From Octopus bimaculoides (taxonomy: Eukaryota), in the NCBI RefSeq assembly GCF_001194135.2, contig NC_069001.1:11311910-11358497 (forward strand): 46,588 nucleotides of DNA, read 5' to 3'. Shown piece after piece: positions 37,796 through 46,588 of the stretch (positions are counted from its first letter, which is position 1; each line of letters starts with the position of its first letter). The notes under the pieces are model-generated. The model was given only the letters and a program-made list of their open reading frames with translations. It had not been told where the DNA came from and ran no database searches. The position numbers were made by a program, and so were the translations under genes.

Positions 37796-38030
37796 TTCCA
37801 CAATATTTATATAAATCCTTTTTTGTTTTTTGTCCATTTTTCTCGCATACAGTCTTGTGATGAACGGAGTATTAACTCTAAATTGTTTGTAGTCGTTTGA
37901 CGTCTATTTCAAGCGTGCACGCTCTGTCCCTCAAGGGCCTATATTTACAAATTATATATCTATAATCATACTTTAAATATATATACATACGTACGTACAT
38001 GCATACACACACACACACACACATATATAT

Positions 38031-38110
38031 CAGTGGCGTGCAGTGACTTCCGGAGTTGGGCATGCAATGAATATCTTCCCCCACCCCCGGGAATTTTTCA
38101 GTAAAAAAAG
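38031..38110 (+). mobile_element. Possible DNA-transposon terminus (CAGTGGCG-type)
   Basis: An abrupt GC-rich cagtggcgtgcagtgac begins directly after (TA)n. No partner end was found. Confidence 0.25.
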
Positions 38111-38474
38111 TTTCGTATTCCTACGACTTACATATGGGAGATTCTGAATATGCAATCCCCCTCCCCCGTATGACCTAGAATAAGCAGGGAATAAAAAATA
38201 GCAGTGTAGAGATGAGCCTGAAATAAGTGTATTGTTTGTATTTTTATTTCTCTTCGAAACGTCAGTACTTTCCCATCCTCACTCACCCTTAAGAAAGTCT
38301 AAAAATCATAAGTGAAATGTAATAAAGATGAAATTGAATTCTGTTAATATTTTTTCATATTCGGAATCTCTGTTAAAGGTAGGAATCCGGATTTTCTTTG
38401 AAACAAAGTAACTATTTTATCTAATTTTCCGAATATATATGTTTTCCTGTTTCTGTTGTGCCTGGAATTCGAAG

Positions 38475-38655
38475 GGTCAGCCTTGTCACACTGTGTCACA
38501 CTGTGTCACACTGAATATCTCTGAGAACTACGTTAAGGGTACACGTGTCTGTGGAGTGCTCAGCCACTTGCACGTTAATTTCACGAGCAGGCTGTTCCGT
38601 TGATCGGATGAACTGGAACCCTCGACGTCCTAAGCGACGGAGTGCCATCAACAAT
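38475..38655 (+). mobile_element. SINE family 3, 3' portion
   Basis: gccttgtcacactgtgtcacactgtgtcacactgaat...ctcgacgtcctaagcgacggagtgccatcaacaa. It carries an extra 10-bp internal repeat unit. Confidence 0.9.
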
Positions 38656-38738
38656 CTCATACAATAATGACGTCAATGGAATAAAAAAGGATTCGAAATC
38701 GTTATGTAGGGTTATTGTTTCAAATTTTAGAAAGTGTT

Positions 38739-39172
38739 GGCATTTCTTTACAGTAGTGTTTAGGCTCAGTCACTGCAGAAGCAGATGAGTGTCTTTGTCT
38801 TTTGAAACCTGGAAGATGGCAGCAAAAATCTCCTGCCAACTCGACGTATTTCATCAGCGGTGTCTCAGAAAGATCCTAGGAATCACTTATCGAGACAGAG
38901 TGACAAATGAAGTCATTCTCCAAGCAGCAAGAGTAAGGCCACTGCATGCAGTTGTAACCGAACGACGATTGAGAATGGTTGGACACATACTAAGACTGCC
39001 AGAGGAGAGGTTTGCCAAGACAGCTATGGACTGAATGCTGTTGGAAAGAAGTCCGACGTAAACTGAACAACACCTGGGAAGAAGTATGCCTGTTGGCCAG
39101 AGGCGGAGATAATTGTCGATCATAGACTGCCTGATATGTCGCTCAAAGCAGCAATGGACCGAAGAAGAAGAA
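38739..39172 (+). mobile_element. RTE-clade LINE 3' fragment with internal deletion, (GAA)n tail and probable 5' inversion
   Basis: ETWKMAAKISCQLDVFHQRCLRKILGITYRDRVTNEVIL...VTERRLRMVGHILRLPEERFAKTAMD is the RTE RT C-terminus, followed by NTWEEV.LLA and gaagaagaagaa. Confidence 0.9.
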
Positions 39173-39254
39173 ACCGGGAAATCGGGCCCATGAGCCTGAC
39201 TAGGCTTTAAAAGGGCGCATGAAAATAAATAAAGTCTAAAATTCTAGGACAAGC

Positions 39255-39430
39255 TTAGCCGTTTTTGAGGAGTGTGGAAATCGACTACATTGACACTCGT
39301 AATTGGTTGGTACTTATTTTATCGAACCCGAAAGGATGAAAGGCAAAGTCGACCTCGACGGAATTTGAATTCATAAGGAAAAGACGGACGAAATATCGCT
39401 AAGCGTATTGTCCGGCGTGTTAAAACGGTT
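39255..39430 (-). mobile_element. SINE family 2
   Basis: gtacttattttatcgaacccgaaaggatgaaaggcaaagtcgacctcgacggaatttgaat. Confidence 0.85.
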
Positions 39431-39619
39431 CTGCTTCCCTCGAAATTGTGCTAAAAATTGTAATCAATATTTAAAGGTATAATTTTTTTGTAATTTCTCG
39501 AATTAAATGTTGCTTTTAACCAATGCAAGTGTCTGGCCTATAACTTGTACACGCATTTATTTGAAACGCGTGGGCACGTGTTTGTGTGTGTAGGTGTGTG
39601 TGTACATGTATTTGAGGAT

Positions 39620-39828
39620 GTGTGTGCATGCGTCGACTTGTGTTTGATTTCCATACGCCACAGCTGTTGATGTGATTATGTCCCCGTAAATCAGCGGTAC
39701 GGCAACTTAGATCCGGCAGAAATAGTACAAGGCTTTTAAAAATATTGTCGTCGATCTTTCCGGCTAAAATATTTCAAGGTTGTGCCCCAGGGTGATGATC
39801 GGATCAAGTAAAAGAATAAAAGACCGAA
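39620..39828 (+). mobile_element. SINE family 1, 3' half, old and diverged
   Basis: tgtccccgtaaatcagcggtacggcaa...caagtaaaagaataaaaga. Confidence 0.55.
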
Positions 39829-40060
39829 AAAATATATATATTGAACACACACACACACACACGCTTATATATACAAATATATGTGTATACATGAGTGTGC
39901 ATGTGTGTGTACTACACGTGTGTGTATGTGTGTGTAAATATGTATCTAAGTGTCTATTATACGCCCCAGTATGTATGAGCGTATGTGTGTATGCGTGTGT
40001 ACGCACACCTGTGTTTATATGTTATAGAATATCTGTTTGTATTCTTTAAGTGGATGTGTG

Positions 40061-40117
<57 letters not shown>

Positions 40118-41282
40118 TTATTTATTTCTTTATACACATACATTACAGCATTGCCGCAGGTTTAAGCTCCTATATACACCCTTACATGCTGCTATACATA
40201 CATACATACATACATACATACAATGTGATTATTGCTTTCACCTTTCAATTCAAATTGATATCCTTCTTATACACTTCTTCATTTCCCAATATACAACAAC
40301 TCACAACAATAGATCCTCATTATTTCCCTAAACCGACACGAAACTCCCTCCAACCCCATCTTCCTCTATTTTACACACCTCATCATCCAATCATATTACA
40401 TTCAGTGATTTTTTTTAAATATCTTTCCATCTCTTAATGACCAGCTGATTCTTGTGCAAATTTCTAATTAACCTTCAATGTACACGAAATATCCTCTCAG
40501 CGAGATAAGTAATTGATCTTCTAATTAACTGAGAAAGCAATCAGTATATACGGCATGGTTATAGAGATGATTGGATTTTCAAACCGAAATATTACGAGTT
40601 GGAATTTCAGAAAAGGAAACAAGCAACAAGAATCTAGCTTTTAATAACGTACGGCGAGCTGCAGCAGGAAATGACATTGTAGAATGTCGTATGGGGAGAA
40701 TTCTAGCTAAACTGAAATAATTATCTTGGAGTAAGTACTTTCACATATGTATTCAGGGATTAAATGGACGATGAAATTAAAAGCGATGACTATTTCCATA
40801 TAGCGCTATATGTAATTATAATAAGACAAACATTAAATTGATCTTATTTAAAACCAGAAAGCAATAAAATAAAAGTAAATTAGAAGCGGGCAATAAATTT
40901 GGGGACGAGGTTAATAAAAATTAAAATAAGTATATGTATTAAAAGCAAACAATACGCGATATAAAATATGATTAATAAAATTTGCTAATTAATGAGCTAG
41001 TCTGAAGCGCATATTAACAGTACACATAATGAAAGCCTCAAAATAATGTACGTATATTGGTTTCATTAATTCCTAACAGTAAGTAGCAATAGAATACGAA
41101 TCAATATTTATTCACATCATGTTGTATGAATATTTATTCTTGTATGAAAGTAGGATTCAAGCCCGGAATAACAGAGCTAAACGTCATTCTTCAAAGTTGT
41201 TTCAAAGCTAATGGATACTATGCCGCAACATGCAACATACATATTCAGTCGATAATAGTGACATGTCATTATTAGGTTGGAG

Positions 41283-41711
41283 CAAGGTGGTAAGCTGGCT
41301 GAATCGTTAGCACGTCGGGCGATATGCTTAGCGACATTTCGCCTATCCTTACGTTCTGAGTTCAAATTCCGCTAAGGTCGACTTTCACTTTCATCCTTTC
41401 GGGGGATCGATGAAATAAGTACCGCTCAAGCACTGGGGCCGATATAATCGACTATCCCCATCCCCTCAACTTTCGAGCCTTGTGCCTAAAGTAGAAAGGA
41501 ATGTTAAGTTGAAGTAAGTCGGCGAGCAGGCAGAATCATTAGCAACGTTTCGTCCGTCCTTATTCTCTGAGTTCAAATTCTGCCAGGATCGATATTGCCT
41601 TTATTCCGTTTCGGAGATCGATAAAATAAGTATCAGTCGAGCGCTGGGGTCGATTTAATCGATTTAGCACCTCTCCCAAATCCGCTGGCTTTTTGTCAAA
41701 ATTTGAAACCG
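41283..41711 (+). mobile_element. Two tandem SINE family 2 copies with different tails (41283-41500 and 41518-41711)
   Basis: Both have ctgagttcaaatt B-box regions. The pair is flanked by the 14-bp direct repeat ttattaggttggag. Confidence 0.9.
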
Positions 41712-42269
41712 TTATTAGGTTGGAGTACTACTGCATGCAGATATGTGGTTGTGGTGGTGGTGGTGGGAGAGAGGAGATGTAGAGGAGGAGCGGACGAGAA
41801 ATATGTATGTGTCAGGTAAAATGGCAGTACCTTTTGTTGGGGATGTTGCATAATTCTTTTTCAGGGGATTTTTCGTTTACCACTGGCCACCCCCTCTTAC
41901 ATGTGGTTGCAGAAACTACTTGCTTATACTAGTGAGCCCTTTCTTGGGCAAAGTATTAGCGGACCGGTCCTATCTGTTTGAGGGCAGCTGATATGTTTTA
42001 AACTTCCTACGATTATACTAACTGGATTTTAGCTGAAATGTATGGTAGAAGCCGCTCGTTATGTCTGGTGAAGTCTTAGCTGACAGAAAAATGACATCCA
42101 ACTTTCGTTTTGGGATGTGTACAACAGGTTATGGCGAATCACTACAGTTGCTCTGGTCAGACTTCTGTGTCTTTAATATATCTCCAGTATTCTCGGCAGC
42201 CTTGCCACTGGTCTAGTAAGTCAGAAAGGAGGAATTGAATCTGATCGTGCATGATCTTGGACTACTGCC

Positions 42270-42345
42270 TTTTGCTATAGCCTCGGGATGACCAAAGACT
42301 TCAGACTGGATTTGGTTGAGGGAAACTGAAAGAAACCCATCGTAT
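42270..42345 (+). mobile_element. SINE family 1 fragment
   Basis: gctatagcctcgggatgaccaaagac...ggatttggttgagggaaactgaaagaaacccatcg. Confidence 0.75.
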
Positions 42346-42492
42346 ATATATATATGTGTATATATATGTGTATATATATATATATATATATNNNNNNNNN
42401 NNNNNNNNNNNNNNNNNNNNNNNNNNNNNNNNNNNNNNNNNNNNNNNNNNNNNNNNNNNNNNNNNNNNNNNNNNNNNNNNNNNNNNNNNNNA

Positions 42493-42788
42493 GCCTAGTA
42501 CTTATTCTATCGGATATATTTTTGCCGGACCGCTAGATCACGGGGATGTAAACACACCAACATTGGTTGTCAAGCGATGTTAGGGTGACAAGCACAGAGA
42601 CACAAACATATATTCACATGCATACATATATATATGACGGATTTCTTTCAGTTTCAATCTACCAAATCCATTCAGAAAGCTTTATTTGGCCCAGGCTATT
42701 ACAGAAGACGCCCAAGGTGCCACGCAGTGGAACTGAATCCGGAACCATGTGGTTGGTAAATAATCTACTTACCACGCGGCCACTCCTA
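42493..42788 (-). mobile_element. SINE family 1
   Basis: Both halves plus the head (ttaccacgcggccactcct) are present on the minus strand. Confidence 0.85.
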
Positions 42789-42833
42789 AATGTATGTATG
42801 TGTGCGTGTGTGTGTGTGTATATATATATATAT

Positions 42834-42931
42834 AAGCCATGTTGCATCGATAAACAGCTGGAGGATGCTCCTCCTGGGCTTAAAAACGGTAGTAACGTCG
42901 GTTCCTACGGAACAGCTATATTGAAGTGGCG
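42834..42931 (+). mobile_element. About 100-bp insert in (TA)n carrying a degenerate hammerhead-like motif
   Basis: CTG(G)AGGA-T-GCTC ctcct GGGC-TT-AAAAA-CGGT agt AAC-GTC, with (TA)n on both sides. Confidence 0.4.
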
Positions 42932-43009
42932 ATATATATATATATATAAAGACAGTGGGAGAGAGAGAGGGGGAGAAAGAGAGTGGAAGAGAGAGACACA
43001 CACACACAG

Positions 43010-43140
43010 AGAATTACGTTTCCTGTTCGTCTACCAAATTTCACAAACAAATTAATAATGAACTCCAGGCTTTAGCAAAAGACCCTTGTCCAAAATAAGC
43101 GTTACAGTATCGAAACCGAAGCATGTAGTTGTAAAACTAA
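43010..43140 (-). mobile_element. SINE family 1, 5' half, old
   Basis: gtctaccaaatttcacaaac...ggctttagcaaaagacccttgtccaa. Confidence 0.5.
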
Positions 43141-43599
43141 ATACTTTATCACACTACAATGCTTGTTCCGTATAATTTATCAAATAAACCTAGTAAATTA
43201 ATTTCCTCTGATAAGGCTTATAATAAAATGGTTTGTATTGTATTTGTGTCGATGTGGACTGAATTGATTCAATAGAACAGTGATATATATATATTTAATT
43301 CTCTGTATGGAAGGGGAAGGAGAAATTGGTTCGATCGTTCAATAACTCGAGAATATAGATGGACGGAAATAAATTCCTTTAATCAATTCCTACAGCGATC
43401 TGCACATTTTAATAATTGTCTGCGCTCTAAATAAATTCACCGTAATGCTAATTCTTAATGCAGACTTACATTATGTTTGAAGAGCCGAATTGAGTAAGGT
43501 CAGATACGAATTTACAAACCAGGAAAGAAAAAGGACTGAGTAGTCTTTAGTCCGTTGATAAATTGATCAATTCCCTGCACCAATAGTATCGGTTTCAGA

Positions 43600-44177
43600 T
43601 TTTGACCCCAGGCCAGCAATTTCGATCAAAGGGGTAACTCATTGATGTTGGTATTGATCCCCCAATGCTCATCTATTTCTTATTTTACCGACCGCGAAAG
43701 GATGAAAGACAAAGTTGGCCTAGGCGTAATTTGAACTCAGAACGTACAAACATACGAAATGCCGCTAAATGTGATAACCCAATATATATATAAGCGTGCT
43801 AACGATTCTTTTCTACTCAAGGCACCAAGTCCGAAATTTGGAGGGAGGGGCCAGTGGATGAAATTCAAAGTCGGCGGGATTTGAACTCAGAACGTAGCGG
43901 GATACTAAGTAGTGCTAAACATTTCGCCCGGCGTACTTAAGATTCTTATTTCTTTATTACCCACAAGGAGCCAAACACAAAGGGGACAAACACGGACAGA
44001 CAAAGGGATTAAGTCGATTTCATCGACCCCAGTGTGTAACTGGTATTTAATTTATCGACCCCGAAGGGATGAAAGGCAAAGTCGACCTCGGCGGAATTTG
44101 AACTCAGAACGTAACGGCAGACGAAATACTGTTAAGCATTTCGCCCGGTGCGCTAACATTTCTGCCAGCTCGCCGCC
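43600..44177 (-). mobile_element. Head-to-tail array of three SINE family 2 copies
   Basis: Copies at about 43945-44177 (long tail), 43810-43944 (internally deleted) and 43600-43809. Confidence 0.85.
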
Positions 44178-44862
44178 TTTTTTGCACCAGATAATAATAC
44201 CATTGGAAACAACTACTATCCCCTTTTCTGGCCGGGAATAGCTAACAAACTGTCTAGTGGGTTTGTGGAAGACGTTGCGTGGTGGAAGACGTTGCGTGGC
44301 GGAAGAGACGGAAAGGGCTGAAGATAGACGACTTACTCTTTGAGCAAACCATGTTCTAGCGTCTGGTTTCTTTGTAAAGAATAATCAAAATGGAGAAAGG
44401 ACGACTTCCGCCTTCCAACATATTTGCTCAGAGGTGAACGAGAGTGCTCTAAACATGGACCTATTAAACGGGCCCACTCTCTGCGTGCAACTATGGGTTG
44501 AGGAAGGACGACAAGATACGATAAGTAGAAAGAGTGGCCTTGGATTTTGTGGGCTTTCTACGTATGTACACTAGGAAGTCTCTGTCCCGTTTGGAAAATT
44601 ATCTTTGTTAAATTTTATTGTTACATAGTTTTCATTTGTTTATAATCTTTTATGTGTTTAACACTTCCCTCTTTTCTCTAAGTTTGCCCTTCTAATGTCC
44701 TTGCATTTGGTGGAGTCGAGGTGAGCAAGAAAAAGTCATTATTGTTACTGATAGTAGTAGTAGTAGTAATAGTAGCAGTTTTGTTGTTATAGTTGTATTA
44801 ACAATGATAGTTGTAGCAGCAGCAATAATAGTACTAGTAAATCGGTGGGTGTATGTACGTAC

Positions 44863-44905
<43 letters not shown>

Positions 44906-46487
44906 NNNNNNNNNNNNNNNNNNNNNNNNNNNNNNNNNNNNNNNNNNNNNNNNNNNNNNNNNNNNNNNNNNNNNNNNNNNNNNNNNNNNNNNNNNNNNNN
45001 NNNNNNNNNNNNNNNNNNNNNNNNNNNNNNNNNNNNNNNNNNNNNNNNNNNNNNNNNNNNNNNNNNNNNNNNNNNNNNNNNNNNNNNNNNNNNNNNNNNN
45101 NNNNNNNNNNNNNNNNNNNNNNNNNNNNNNNNNNNNNNNNNNNNNNNNNNNNNNNNNNNNNNNNNNNNNNNNNNNNNNNNNNNNNNNNNNNNNNNNNNNN
45201 NNNNNNNNNNNNNNNNNNNNNNNNNNNNNNNNNNNNNNNNNNNNNNNNNNNNNNNNNNNNNNNNNNNNNNNNNNNNNNNNNNNNNNNNNNNNNNNNNNNN
45301 NNNNNNNNNNNNNNNNNNNNNNNNNNNNNNNNNNNNNNNNNNNNNGTGTGTGTGTGTGTGTGTATACATACATAAGCAAAAGCCAAAACCATCAGTGAAA
45401 TAGAAAAAATATATATTTAAACAAATTTAAACAGTGACATCAGCACCACCACCACCACCACCCGCATCGCTCTCATCTTCTCTCACAGAAAACACACACA
45501 ACGTTCACACCTACGTTCACAGTCTCTCTCTCACACCCTGTAGAAACATAATTATCTGCGCAAGCATCTCCATGTAAATAATCTAGTTAAAATAACTGAG
45601 TTTCTTAAGGAACTCGATAATAATCTAGCTATACACACTGATGCTTTTGTTCTCTTTTGCTACGTTATCTGGAGAATCCTTCTTAATGATTTAAGTTTGA
45701 GACACGTATTCTTACTTCTACTCCATGTAGCTTGTTCATTTTGATATTCCATTTGTTGTTGTTGTTGCCGTTGTCTTTTGGAATTAAGTTATTTCCTGCT
45801 TTGTCGTGTATTAATCGTCGTTTTACCGCCGTTCTTTCCACATTACATTTCTTTCTATATTTTTTTTCTTACTTTTATATAATGATTTCAATGTATGATA
45901 AGAACAAAAAAAAAAACATCATTTAAAATAACAATATAAAATGAAATCTCAAACTTGAATCCGATTTAGAAGTTGCATGACTCGATAAATGGTTAGACTG
46001 AAAAAGCTCACAGCACCTCACAATTTCTTAAAACATAAGTAACATCAACACAAGCAACAAACATACTAAGAAGTTGTTCACCACAGACTTTCTGTCTCAA
46101 CTCTGATTTTCTGTTGCTACTCATGAGGCTTTTGCCACCTTGCTACTTGTTTATCTTGGTTTAGCCATTTAGGTCTACGTGGCTGACTATTACGTACAAT
46201 TTTCCTCATCCATAATTCTACCCAAGTCACAAATGCCCGAATTAACCAATATGGTTAGTCCTTACCCCAGAACGCCTGTTTCATGGCAATCCTTTATATA
46301 TGTTTTATATGAAACTCCCACTTGTAATATTTCAAGAGGAGATGAAACGGTCAGTTAATGCGATGAGTGGAACATTTTTCTTCCAGACTTAATAACCAAA
46401 GCTAAAGCACACCACCATGACCGATTTAAATATTAATACCACCGCAACAATTAAACAACACACATAATTAAGAGTATTAGAATGAAG

Positions 46488-46554
46488 CTATATATATATA
46501 AACATGCATACATATATATAAACATGCATACATATATATATATATATAAACATG

Positions 46555-46588
<34 letters not shown>
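46488..46588 (+). repeat. (TA)n with three aaacatgcatac units
   Basis: Direct reading of the sequence. Confidence 0.85.

Larger units (their letters stand above)
36372..37980. mobile_element. Fold-back element D: about 1.3 monomers (488 nt) plus an inverted copy, interrupted by an N-gap, hammerhead in each arm
   Basis: cataattaggataaagtcattaattaatgatttatca occurs at 36372 and 36860. From 37057 the sequence runs back as reverse complement (37057-37215 matches 36760-36909; 37690-37980 matches about 36450-36710). Confidence 0.9.

Noticed and set aside
41820-42260. Unique-looking, higher-GC stretches (also 30940-31260 and 44230-44560) as exons or TE ORFs
   Set aside because: All frames I read contain stops and no motif I recognise. 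A translated search would be needed.

Overview
This is AT-rich animal genomic DNA, very dense in microsatellites, with 13 N-gaps. The SINE families and repeat landscape point to an octopus or other coleoid cephalopod (inference from recognition, not a database search). No intact host gene can be supported. Recognisable protein-coding material is all transposon debris: the 3' end of a probable RTE-type LINE with two C2H2 fingers (1-250), a dead mariner/Tc1 transposase (7620-8519), a Penelope-like RT/GIY-YIG fragment (8615-9565) and an RTE RT C-terminus with an apparent 5' inversion (38739-39172). Three tRNA-headed SINE families are present in many copies. The most striking signal is four non-coding fold-back elements of mutually unrelated sequence (742-1003, 11698-12472, 24832-25472, 36372-37980). 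Each carries a type I minimal hammerhead-ribozyme motif in both arms, always with the ribozyme-sense strands pointing outward from a central junction. Three of them also contain slightly more than one copy of a 327-488 nt monomer. Several further hammerhead relics sit in (TA)n tracts. Together these suggest a diverse set of non-autonomous, ribozyme-bearing retroelements (retrozyme-like or Penelope-mobilised) that integrate as head-to-head inverted dimers. All alignments, folds and identities were done by eye.
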